Source: Tubiluchus corallicola (taxonomy: Eukaryota > Animalia > Priapulida). From it: a DNA stretch of 64,000 nt. This document shows, one piece after another, positions 51,793 to 64,000 of the stretch. The stretch covers positions 1 to 64,000 of the forward strand of contig JAQGDQ010000163.1 of NCBI GenBank assembly GCA_030141605.1, in the 5' to 3' direction. Position numbers and translations under genes: made by a program. Under the pieces are notes generated by a model. That model did no database searches. It was not told the origin of the DNA and was given only the letters and a program-made list of their open reading frames with translations. Numbering within the stretch: position 1 is the stretch's first letter; every line of letters begins with the position of its first letter.

Positions 51793-51949
51793 GCTTGTAG
51801 TCTCGTTAATTTGTTCAGGATCTATAAAGTTGCAGCGGTTCTGACTGTGATACAGGTTCAGGAGGTCCAGTATATTCAGGTAAATATGCCGTCCCAAAGC
51901 TAAGTGTGGCATGAGAGAAGATTTACAACACAGTCATAAACCCGGCACT

Positions 51950-53053
51950 GATGTTTATTTGCAATTTTTATGGGTTGGTAACGCGTCGCACAATATACAC
52001 AAAACTTTCTGCACAAACTTTTCAAGAACTTCACCTACACTGCCGTGGTGATGAAACTGCTCAGTGCTCAAATGACGTGTGTAACGAACTGTAGATTGCG
52101 CGATTTCGTGAGAAAGGTTTTGTGTTGTGCTTCCATCTGTTGGGCAAAAATGTCAGAAGAGAATATTCCTTACACTTGCTTTTATGTTAGCATTCACTTA
52201 AATGACAATAATTTCTAAAATAGTAAAGATGTTTTGATTTTTTTTTTCAATATTTTACATGATTGTAGATTATCTCCATCATCAAGGATGAGAGATTGAT
52301 TTTTCAGAGATGTCGCATCCACTTTCCGATGTATCTGCTAAGAGAAATAGCTAAATGCCACAGCAGGTGATTTTGCTGACAGATAACTATCCGTCTAATT
52401 ATAATACTTAGGCCTTGTGTTGCTTAACTTCAGTTACTAAACATACACCATGACCATTCATGCAGTTATGGGTTACCTAATACATATCCTAGTTCCAATC
52501 TTAAACAACTATATAAATATTATTATCTACATTAAATCAGCCATTGAGTGTTGAATTAAATCGTGCAGAGTGCCGAACAATACAAAAAATACAAGAAAAA
52601 ATAATTGTGTTCTGAGATATCGTATATGGTGTGGCTGGCAAGGCATGTAATGTTGTACGATGTAATGTTTGGCAGCAGCCAGTAGGCACTACAATATCGT
52701 GTTATGTGACATGTTATGTTAACGGTTATGTAATGTGGCGTTACTGCATTGCACTAAAAGTCTTGAGTCTACCAGTAGTAGATATAACATTAGTACTGTA
52801 TTATTATAATTATTGGCGCAATTCAATTTTGTACTGAGTAAAACAAAACCATTTTTATATCTGTCGACAGATGGCGCGAGATGCACAGAAATCACGTTGT
52901 GTTTACATTGCAGCGCATGACAATCAGATCAGACTGTACCTCAGCTGCTTCCGTGGTAGTCATTCCGACAGGCGTGAGGATGTCTGTAGTTTAATAATTT
53001 GATGTTGTGCTATTTGTTAGTAATGCTGCTAGACGAGTTATAACTGCAAACTG
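51950..53053. promoter_or_regulatory. Probable shared divergent promoter region of MAPKAPK2 and SLC2A13, including a putative non-coding SLC2A13 exon ending at 53053
   Basis: The genes are head-to-head. CpG-containing patches near 52080-52140 and 52860-52980, AGATGGCG (YY1/CTCF-like) at about 52870, strong donor CTG|gtaagt after 53053, and acceptor ctctttcag| at 56638. Confidence 0.45.
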
Positions 53054-56000
53054 GTAAGTATGATGGAATTACCTAAGTTATCTATTCAAACTAAGTTTCA
53101 ACTCTATTTACACTGGCTGTAGTCTTGAACAATATATTTCTAGTTCTAAAAACTCTTTAACGACACACTAGAACTTCTGAGTCCAAGTTGTAGCTATTAT
53201 GATGAAAATTGTCTAGACCAAAAACGGACTACAATTCACAGATTGCATACTGCAGAGCGATATTGTGGAATTGTGGTACACTATATATTTACTATAGGAC
53301 GCATTGGATCGCAGTACTATTATTATACGAGTTTTAGTTCATAAGTACAAGTTCGTAAATATATGATGGAGTTATATTTATTACTATATTAGTATTACAG
53401 TTGCGAATCTTCCAAAATGTCATAATGTCCTAATAATATATAATAATAAATTATGACTTTCTTAAATAAAACCCAAATTCAGCCAGCTTTGGTTCACCTT
53501 AAATTCCTTACGAAATTCCCATTAAATTGCTGTTATTATTATAAATTGTTGATAAATTATGTTATGTCTGAAAAAGTTGTTAAAAATCTGAAGTCTGTTT
53601 TGGTGCCATTTTTGCATGTTGGTTTTAAATTTTATGCCAGTAAAGTTTGTTGACAAATTAAAAAGACAAATCTTGAATATTAATCATTTTTTTAAAAACT
53701 AAAAACGCTACTTGGACAGCCAGGGTTTTTCATCGAGCAAATCGGCGAGCAAACTGACATCAATAAAAAGTGCCAGTTTGCAAGATCAAAAACGCATATT
53801 TTGTTCACTTTGTACACGTAAATTTCTTCTTTCCACCAATCAACAATTACTATTACTGTTTACATCTTTCATTACACTTTTAGCTGCAAGAGCTCTAAAG
53901 GCTATGCAGGCCTTACTCACTACATTGAACTGCTGAAAGACTGTGACATCTGTGTGAACACTGGCAAGCCAGTTTTCACCAAAAATTTTTTTAATTAAAT
54001 GACGGTCATCATGCTGCCATGGTAGATAGTTAGTAGGCACTGCACTGAGTAGACACTAGTATGCCAGTGACTGTTTATTATAATCAGTTCAACTTCACCA
54101 TGTTCATAGGAATGCTCTGTGTGTGGGTCTTACCATTTTTTTCAGCAATTGCTGATATGTGCATGTTGGTGTATTCATGAGTGCTGTCGCATTATACTGC
54201 GAGGTAAAATAGCCTTATTAACATTTTATATCATTTGTTGAGTCTTTTTGCTATTGCTCAGGCTGAAAACCTAATGAATGCCCTGCTTATCATTTATGAT
54301 GCTCAGAAACAATAATGATGTTGTTGACTGTGAAATCATTGTATATTGATACACCCCAAAATACAGTTGATAGTTGTTTCAGATCATTAGCTGTATTACT
54401 ACACATAACTTATAACCTTTTTGTGAAATTCTTTTAACATTTACAACCTTGCCAGACAGACAAGTTAAATCACTTATGACCATCAAAGAAAGAAAATGTT
54501 TATCTTTCTTGATTATGCCCAATCTGCCTTGCTCCTTTCCCATTTCAAACTGTATGCTCTTGTTGGAAGGCTCTATGGAAGGCTATGGAAAGCTAACTAA
54601 TCAATTAAATTAGTTAATAAAACAGGCTAATTAATCAACTAAATCATTAATGCATTAAACCAAGTAGGTTGTCAAATTGTTTCTGATGTGTTCTTTCTAC
54701 CTTCATAGAAATTAACTTCTCTGTATACCTCAGCTTTCAAGCCTTCCAAATTGGGTACTTATATTGTAAGTCTTAAGTCTTAATAATGACTTGTGCTAAG
54801 AGTGTGGAAATGTTGGCAATAAATTTTTGCTTATCTGATTCTGTCCATGCATGATGCATCTCCAGTTCCACCTATCTGTCTCTCCATTGATTTACATTCA
54901 GTGATGTAATTTCACGTACATACTTAGATAATAACAATATGTAAGCAGATTAAGTTATTTTCTAATAATTTGGGTATACAGATATTCTTCTGGATGATTC
55001 TGTGATTAAAGCAAGGTTTACCGTATCAGCACTGTATTGGCAGATCCAATCCAAGAGAATGACCATTATTTGTAAAACAAATTAGTAAACAACTCACCTG
55101 AAACTATAAAGATAATTTCAGTTTCTACCATGAAAATTTATAAAAGCAAAATGAACATCTCCATTACCGTTTTATTTGGATCTTTCAAAAAGAGCGAGAA
55201 ATTGGCCAACCTCTTTTCGTTGCCAAGGAAGGCTTCCTTAAATCATGCATTATCTTCATGAAAAATTGATTTCTCTGATCGAAAACTTACCAGAGCTATC
55301 AATCCCCTATTTCGTGGTCACCTGTCGACAAAATTTACGCATAATATATGGTCTCTAGGTGTTGTAGTTCATGGTGTCTTTAAAAATTAACAGTAGTGTT
55401 GACAAGTAGATTAAAAAAAGAATTGAGACTGACGTGTAAATCTTCGTTACTCTAGTAATATGGTTTCGGTTTTCAAGTTTGTGCAAGATTCATTTAATCT
55501 GTTAAAACGAGCGTTTCTACCTGAACGAATGCAATGCAATTTACCGTCTTTGGTCACTTTGCTGATAGCTTTTCAAAACTCTAGAATCTTTTAATCTAAT
55601 TCTGAGCAGCGCATTAGTGTGATTGGCTACATTTTGTGAAAATTAGCAGATCCAAGATTTCTGAGCAGTTTTCATTCACCAAAGCACAGCACTATGTAGT
55701 ATAGCCTCTCTAAGGTATGTACCAGTGACATCACATGTTCCTATTCCTGCATATAGTGACATTGTTGTTTTCTATCGGGAGTGACAATTTGACCAATCAC
55801 AGATTGCCAGCAGCCAACATCGAAATATTAGTCAGATCTTCACGGCATAATGTGATATTTAACTTTAGATGCAAGAAACCCATCTTGGTTTAACCCTGTC
55901 ACCTCAATGTGTGAGACACATTCTGGATGGCTGTAGTGAGACAGGAATCTATTTCATTACAACATTATGCTTTATGACGAGTCACTGAACCAACAGAGGT

Positions 56001-56804
56001 TTCTTAGCTACTTTCTGATGCAAATGACTCCCTGTGTACAACAAAGAGCCAGAATTAGTATGAAATTGCCTACAGTGAGCATTTATCTTGCAGTCACCAC
56101 TTTCGTCCCTGACCAACCTCAGCACCATTCTTAACTTCAGTCACAGGCCACTCATCATGCTGACTTGGCTATGCCCTTTAGACTAATGTTAGAACTCACC
56201 CAGTTCATTTATAAAGCTAATTTTGAGAAACTAAGAAATGCTGAACAACATTTGTAGTTTGAACTGCTAAAAAATGTTATGTCACTGCTATTCAATGTTT
56301 TCACTCTCCTTTTCATTTTCATTTTATTATTTCTCTGAATTTTGCACAACAGCTTGCTGTTTAGTGAATGCTTTACAAAACACTGAAATTATTATGGCAT
56401 AGAAATAGCTCTATTTGCATTAAGTGTAGCACATTTTCATAAAAGACAGAAGAAGTACCACAAAATGATTACAAGTAATTGTGCTCTATAAAAACACTTA
56501 TTAAGTATGCTTGTATTTTTATGCTGTTTTATAGCTTTTCTATAATTTTATTGAAATTTTGCTAGTGAAAATAGTGACTATAGTGAAAGTGTGAATAGTA
56601 CTGGGTAACTATTGCGGTTATAATCTTTTCTCTTTCAGGTAGTCACGACCAAAAGCTCCGTGCAATATCAACCCGTGTCAAAAGATAGAATGTGTCAAAT
56701 TTGAGTGCTTGCAGGAATGAGATGATGTGACAAATGTCAACCACGTTAACCCTTAGAGTAGGTCATTGTCATTTCCGGCTTTGGTGAGCAGTTGACGAAT
56801 CACC

Positions 56805-57204
56805 ATGACACGACGTCCGGCACCTCTCATCGACAATATCGACGATGACTACGCGATGGACAAGCTCCAAAGTCGCACGCCCATCTTCGTGTTCGTCCTG
56901 ACAGCCTTTTCTGCCATCGGAGGTTTCCTGTTTGGGTATGATACTGGCGTCATTGCAGGAGCCATGCTTCTTTTGAAGGACAGCTTCGGTTTGACATCAC
57001 TATGGCAATCACTCATCGTCAGCGTAACCGTCGCCTTTGCCGCTCTGTTTGCCCTGGTTGGTGGGCTTGCCAATGACCATCTGGGACGAAAGCCGGTCAT
57101 CTTCTGTGCCAGTTTTGTCTTCACTGCTGGAGCCCTCGTCATGGGGCTGTCCACTAACAAGTATATGTTGTTTGGTGGTAGAATTGTCATTGGGGCAGGC
57201 ATAG
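56805..57204 (+). CDS. SLC2A13: Proton myo-inositol cotransporter (HMIT/GLUT13), first coding exon; the rest lies beyond the window
   Basis: TPIFVFVLTAFSAIGGFLFGYDTGVIAGAMLLLK, LIVSVTVAFAALFALVGG, LGRKPVI, GRIVIGAGIG; strong Kozak (caccATG); donor ATAG|gtgagt. Confidence 0.88.
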
Positions 57205-58314
57205 GTGAGTGATATTGTTCTGCTTAGTGAACTTCTCTTTAATCTAGAGAAGAGGCTGTAACGCTATTACATAAAATAAAAATAAGTTGGCAAAGTTTAA
57301 ATTGAAAAGAAAGGAAATGAAGCAAAAAAAGGATGAGGAAAAAGAGAGAAGGACGAGGGTGACAAGAGAGAAAAGAGTGAAGACGAGCGAAAAAGGAAAA
57401 AAAGGAAACAAAATAAAACGAAAGAAAAAAGACAAGAACTTGATAGAAATAAGTGAAAATAAAAATTCGATTTTTTAAGATCACAAAGATTTTGTCACCT
57501 AACACTGTCACATTTATTTTTAAAGCAGATTCCCAAAATCTTCTGAATTAAGGGAAATAATTTTCTATCAAGTGGCCTCGTAATTTGTTTCTTGATTCCC
57601 GGCCCCTGGCCTTTTATCTGTTGGCGAGCTTACAGTCAATTCCACAGTTGAATGTTTCTTCACACCTTCCTTTTTAAAGCTGTGTTTCAATAACTAACAA
57701 TAAATACTAAAATCTACAATAAGCCATTGTTTAACTGCCGTTAGAAATCAATGGAGTATTCAAGTAAGCTTTACACATGTAGGCCTATATGTAATTTTTT
57801 GTTTTGCAATGGAAATATTGGGAATGTGTTTTCAGCCAGCAGGTTATAAATCCTGCATAACACATTGCCTCATATTGACATTTCAGCTGCAATTCGGCAA
57901 GTAATGAAATTCTATTGTGGAACACTCTCACAACAGTTCATCAATGTCTATTGAATTTTTTCAACTGCAAGCAGATCGCTAACTATTGATATCTGTCAGA
58001 GTAGCACTAAGGCAAATATGAATTCATTTCACTTCATTTCAATGGCACACCTGTTTCTTTATAAAGTCCTTGGGCAGTTTTAACTAAGCTTCATAGCTAA
58101 GCCTATAGGCTGCAAAATTGGTTTGCAAAAACCAATATGGAGAACAGTGATTCTTACTTCTTTGTCGTTATTATCATTAAATTATTGAAATCCATCTTAA
58201 CTCTAACTGCATTAAACTTGGTATTGTTTAATCACATCAAAAACCACGGTTTGCTAAGATTGAAGACTAAAGATTAAAGGTTAAAGAGCTGAAATTATGA
58301 AATTGCACATATAC

Positions 58315-58350
<36 letters not shown>

Positions 58351-58452
58351 GTTAACAAAAATGTATGTATATTCAGCATCATTGCACATGTTTATATATA
58401 TATATATATATACATGTGCAATGATGCTGAATATACATACATTTTTGTTAAC
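58351..58452. repeat. Perfect 41-bp inverted repeat around a (TA)n loop, next to a (TA)n/(TATG)n microsatellite
   Basis: gttaacaaaaatgtatgtatattcagcatcattgcacatgt (58351-58391) is the exact reverse complement of 58412-58452. Confidence 0.92.
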
Positions 58453-61400
58453 TCCCTGTTGCACTGGAGATTGAGCATGCCCTTATTTAGGTAAATCAAT
58501 CAGGGTTACCATCGGTGATTTGAATTCTGATCGACTTTCGCAGCCAGCACAGCGTAATGCAACATTTTCCACGGTTAAGTGCGTAACTTTTGCCAGAGTA
58601 GAAATAAAACATAATGGCACGAACGTCATGGGGTAAAAGCTGAGCAATACTTTACTGCTCGATTTACTAATGGACACAGAAAACTGCTTGATCTTTTTGC
58701 TTCTGTGAAAGTGAAAAACTCAATCATGCAAAGAACATTCGCACAGGAAAGTTTGGTGAACCTCCACGAACCCGGCTTTTATGCTGTTTAGAGGTTAAAT
58801 TTATGTTTGAAAGTGAGAAAATGAAGTAAGTTTGTTAAGACAATGAAAATTAAAGTGTATAAAGATATGTGGTCTGCAGAGGAGAGCCTCTTCTTATAGT
58901 AAATACATTTTACTCACCTTAGATTGATCAGATACGGCCAAATGCCAAGGAAATGCTTGAATAGCGGCAAAATTTTATGCAGACTAATACTAAGTGAAAT
59001 AAGTCCGGAACATGAAGCATGGGTTGCTCGCTTATAGAATAAGAAGTTATTCCATTGTGATGCCACAATATAAAAACTGGCTAACAATTTATTGCATGAA
59101 CAGCAAGAATGAGAATAAGACTGGCATCAGGGCGAAAAAGATCTGCTTATAAGGTTACATCACAAGCGAGTAACCCAATTGAACAATTAAAAGGATGGGG
59201 AGATTTCTGGTAAAGGAACGTAGATCAGATTACTGTAAATCTCAATATAGAAAATAATTATTGTACATGCTGCGGTTTCATTATTCACACATCAGTTATT
59301 CTTTGCAGCTCATTATTAATGAACAGTAGCTGTTGAAAGACCAGTTAGTGATGTGACAATTGAACATTAGAAGGAATATAGAAGCCCAGCAGAGTTCAAA
59401 GATCAGACTACATAGCTTCTTGTTGTCATTACAAGTGAGCTTAACTGCATTTCGGAACAAGATAATTGCCTTCATTTTGATTATTTAAAATTTGGCAACC
59501 AAATCAACTCATCTATAGTTGCATAGTAGTACTAAAAATAATTATGTGTACAATTTAATTACTTATTTTAGTAATTTACACAAATTTTAATGATGCTGCT
59601 GGTCTCCAGCATTTCACTATTTACTTAGTTTTGGTGGTGCTCTCTTTTGATAAATTGTGGCAACCTGACTAGTGAAATTTACTTGGGGAAATCTTCTGTA
59701 CGATTAGCAATATTCATAGAAAAGACATTAAAGTCATTCATTGCATTGAAATTGCCTATTGAAACGACTTATTATTGATGGAAATCAGAGTGGGCAAGCT
59801 TTTGACATCTTATCTGTCTTAGAAGATTGTATGTAAGCAGAACTTTATTGAACAAAAAGCTTTTTACACTTTTAACTGATAGATCTATGTTTGCTGTTTT
59901 GCATTTCTGCACTGCTTAAAAGCAAAATGGCTTTATTGTGGGCAGTGAGATTTATCGATTTTGTACACAAATATAGCGTATTAGTCCCTTTTTGGGTGTT
60001 TGTGGGTAAAACTTTAACAAAGAGAAATTCGTTTTACAACTAAACTATAAGTTGCATTGTGTGAGATTAGTCTTATTGTTTATTTCCATTTGTCATGGTT
60101 TTTGGTTGTTTTTTTTTTCTGCCGTTGTTGTATTTTTGTTTTTGTATTTCTGCACGTTTATGTATTTTTTAATATAGTTGTGTCTGTTGTGATTAGCGTC
60201 TTTTTGTTTACTGTCTTTTGAGAAGGGTGGTTGACTCGATAACCTTTCGCCACCCTTTCTCTAATTGTTCGTCTGTATTTTTGTGTATTTTATTGTCAAA
60301 TCATTGTAAATTTATGGAGGAAAATAAAATTACTATTATTTCGACAGTCAGGTCTTATCATACAGAAAATTTATGCGATATCAAATACAATTATGAAGTT
60401 AGTAACCAGTTACTGACTAATGACTGAGATCATTTGCATATGCCATAACAATGTGAATATAGAAGGACCCGGAATTTTCTAACAGCTTAAACTTTGTGTT
60501 CTTTGCAAAAGGCAGGCAGCTATAGAACCCAGCTTCACCCAGGCACAGACAAATTAAGTGCAAATTAAAGTACAAAAGTCTTTTGTTTTTCACAGTAGAG
60601 ATATCATTGCTAATGCTCCGATCTCTCAGCTCTAGGGAGATAATATCCTTCTAAATATTTAAATCCGGTTCTTCATTTACTGCTTTCTATTTCTGTGCTT
60701 AGAAACATTTTGCTGTTGGTGAAAAAGCTAAGTGCAATTGCAGATTTATAAATAGAAAAAGCCAACAGAGTCTCTCTACTGCGGAAATGAGCCAATTAGA
60801 GCAATTTTCCCTGTGTATTGTCGACTTTCCTGAACTCCTTTCTGGAGCGTTTGCTAAGTTGCAAGAAATTGTGACAGAAATTGTTATGCTTTTACCGATT
60901 TGAATGGTACGCTTCAAAGAGAAAAAGAAAGCTCATTTTGCAACTGTTTCTGTATTTATGATAACTGCAAGTGTATTGGCAAAATGTTTTTTCATCCAAC
61001 TGCCATGAGTATTGATTAGCCATTACAAGATTAACTCTTTAGCACACAAACATAAAATTACAGGTCCAACGTACATCAAATTGCTGCATTGGGTAGTTTG
61101 ACATTTCAGGCTTCTTCTTGGTAACATTAGAAAATGTGTCCTCATACCTTTTACTAGCAACAAAATGCTGAAAAATCAATCAAATTGAAATCAGAGGAAG
61201 AACTTTTCCCAGATAAAGCAAAGTTTTCCGTTTAGAGACTATAGATGAGTGACGTAGTAACGAGTTCTGGACAGCAGAATAGTAGTACATATTCTGTATG
61301 TTTTTGTAATTCTGTCTGTGAGAGGTTATCGACTATTCCTTCGATTAATGAACTAATGACTCGTTGCTAAATACAAGGAAACCGCGTGTAGAAATGGCTA

Positions 61401-63691
61401 GAAACATCCAGTAGGTGTTCCAGAAAGTCTGTGGAATAAAAGTCTGAATACAAGGCAGTTAGTGTTGTCCACAGTTAAGGGGTAGTATCTCATGATAGTA
61501 GCTGTAGAAAGGTTCGGCAAGGCCACTGACAGTTGTGGTCAAAAGGTACAAGGAAAGCAGCCTGAAATATTGACCAGCATTGTTTCATGCAAGGACAAAT
61601 AATAATCTTCTGCAAGTGCAGAATGTCATTAGTTATCCACTCCAATGGTAGATGCATGAGTAGGGCATTTAATAGCATTTGTGTATCTGTCCACAAGGGG
61701 TGAAACTATAATCACCAAACTTGGCACAGGGATAGGGCTGTGAGAAACCTGAAAATTGAATTGAATTGAATTTGTTTATTTCACAGGTGAATAATATATA
61801 TATGTACCATAGTAGTCCTTGATATGTACCAAAAGGTACACATTTAGTGTAAGGTCACTATATCTTCACTTGTGCCAACACTACCCTCTGTCACATTGGT
61901 TACATGCTGCTTGCGAGGAAGGCATTACTATTTAACTGTTAGCCTCCGCCCAATCTGGGCTTCCCTGTTATATGTGGGTATACTGACTCCAAAAGGATGT
62001 GGGTATGCATTTCTAATGAGTGCCCTCTAAGTCTGACAGCGGACTTCTTAAAATGTGTGATATTCAGCATAGTAGCCATGGCTGTTAAGCTTTACATTGA
62101 ATTAGCTATTAGAGGATGTAGTCCGTACTTTTCTTTGATTTACAAACCTAATGTTATTTACTGATTAATGAAGAGTGATGGTTGGAATGCTTTTCTATTA
62201 TAATGCTAAACTGAAAAGCAAACGTTTACTACAACTGCAGGAGTGACTTGCATACAAAATACACAAGCTTCCTTTGCTTTTCATAGGCTTCATTTCTCCG
62301 TGTTTGCTTTACTTGGCGAAAAGTAATCTCCCAATTTAGTTAGCGTTAATTGCTTCAAGAGCAAACTTAATTAAATTTTTGGAAGATCGACATCTTTGTT
62401 CAATTGTGTTAGGTTTTGCTGAGGATAAATTAGTTGTTTTTCTTTGTCTCTGACTTACATGAAACTCATGAAGACTATTACACAAACAGTAGTGACTTAA
62501 CAAAACTAAACTGCTCACTAACATTTTAAAATTAAAAATCGAGATCTACAAAATTATGAAAATATTCGCTATTAAAACAATACATCAGGATGAAATTATC
62601 GCAAAGGACGAAAGCATGTACAGAAGAACCATTAGAATGGTATCAAGTTTTAGTGAAATTATCTCCAGCCATAAAAGTCTTTGGTTATTGACATCTCTCA
62701 AATGCCATTGTGAAAGGCAAGACATGTTTCGAAAATTCAAAAACTTACATGAAATTGAGTTTGTAATAAAATTGGTAACAGGAAGATGAGAAAACCAATT
62801 CACCAGTGGCCACACCTAACGACACCTACAAATTAGAAAAAATAACTAAAATAATATATGGAAGCTGTTCCATTATATTCCACTGTTAATAATTGTGAAG
62901 TTTCATGCTAGCATGACATTCACAAAGCTGAGAGCACAGCCATATGTTAGAGCCTTCAATTTGATGAAGTTAACATATTTCAATGGAGCAGAAGTGTTCT
63001 GTGTTACTGTTTTGTTTAAATTTAAGCTATATTGAATATGCACTGGGCGCATGAGCTAAAGAAGCAGGTCAACTTAAGACAATATGCTTTAATTCTGACA
63101 ACCAGTCAAATTTACCATTCATATTCGCGAATGGCGGTGGCACTAGCCAAAAAAGAAGGGTTGTTAGCCTGTATGCATCATCCTTTACCTCTTGTAATGG
63201 TTCGTGTTTGCCAGGAGCTGTTATTCACCGAAAATCAGTGAACGCAAAATTTCTTCCCATTAACCTTCAATGTTCACATGTTCGTAGGATTGGCAAATCT
63301 CTACAATGCATAAATAAGCTAGTAATGTGTCATAAATAGCATCAGCACTATGCTGCATTCCTAATCCTTGATCAGTGGGTTAACAAAAGCCTGAACTACA
63401 TCGTTTAATAATGCGCAATTACTGATTAGTCACGCAAGCTAGCATAATTTTACCATGCCTGAGGTGAAAAGTATCGATTCTTTATTGATATTGTGTTTGT
63501 TGTATTGCTTTAACCCGACAGCTGACATTGATCCGGCATTTCTAAACCATAGCCAGAAGTTTCACTGTTTTCTGTGCAACCTTGCATAAAATTCTTACTG
63601 AAGCACATCTCTTTAACATAAGTTCTTAAAACACACATGATTTTTTCGCACACAATAATCATGATTTGTTAAACTTTACGCTGAACTTTTA

Positions 63692-64000
63692 CACTCACTC
63701 ACTCACTCACTTAATCATGTGACTAATTAATGTCATTTGGGTTTCACAGCAGAAACAGCAGCCACACCCTTTTTCCACTCCTCCAGATTTTCCAGTCTTA
63801 CTATTTGATCTAGAGTGCCCACGTCTACCTCCATCCTAGGTCTTATTAGTGGCATGCACTGATATTCTCAATCCAGGACCCGACTGATTCTCTATGAACG
63901 TTTTTCAGCATTCCTGACAGTGATATCTGGCAGTACACGAATCCTTAAGTGGAAGGTTTTTTACTGTGGCTGCTCATTTAGTCTGGCTCTTGAGAATTGA
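63692..64000 (-). mobile_element. 3' end of a degraded RTE-like LINE with a (GAGT)n tail
   Basis: Minus-strand ...LDQIVRLENLEEWKKGVAAVS* resembles the RTE ORF2 C-terminus and is followed by the microsatellite (cact)n at about 63692-63711. Confidence 0.4.

Noticed and set aside
57239-57511. Lys/Glu-rich and Phe-rich ORFs
   Set aside because: Low-complexity purine tract at the start of an intron.
62287-62340. Candidate SLC2A13 exon 2 (GFISPCLLYLAKSNLPI*), and similarly the one at 63288
   Set aside because: Both hit in-frame stops quickly and lack the expected ASMTVPxYIAE motif; the true exon 2 is probably beyond the window.

Overview
AT-rich, intron-rich animal (invertebrate-type) genomic DNA, not prokaryotic; most short ORFs in the supplied track are noise. 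From left to right: (1) the 5' part of a decayed LINE whose ORF1 carries a coiled coil and an SGNH/GDSL esterase domain (minus strand); (2) the last three exons of a type-I membrane protein with at least 12 Notch-type EGF repeats, a 6-Cys WAP-like domain, a TM helix and a short tail; (3) a tandem pair of small, spliced, secreted Cys-rich genes with a divergent single IGFBP-type domain, essentially missed by the ORF track; (4) an intact, intronless ALDH7A1; (5) a complete MAPKAPK2/3 (MK2) gene on the minus strand with 10-11 coding exons over about 29 kb; and (6) head-to-head with it, the first coding exon of SLC2A13 (HMIT). Introns contain nested hAT-type non-autonomous transposons with perfect 8-bp TSDs, a 9-copy 66/67-bp minisatellite, LINE/SINE relics and a perfect palindrome. 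The best candidates for novelty are the two IGFBP-like paralogues and the EGF-WAP-TM protein. All gene models were assembled by hand from splice signals and reading-frame phase; no database searches were run.
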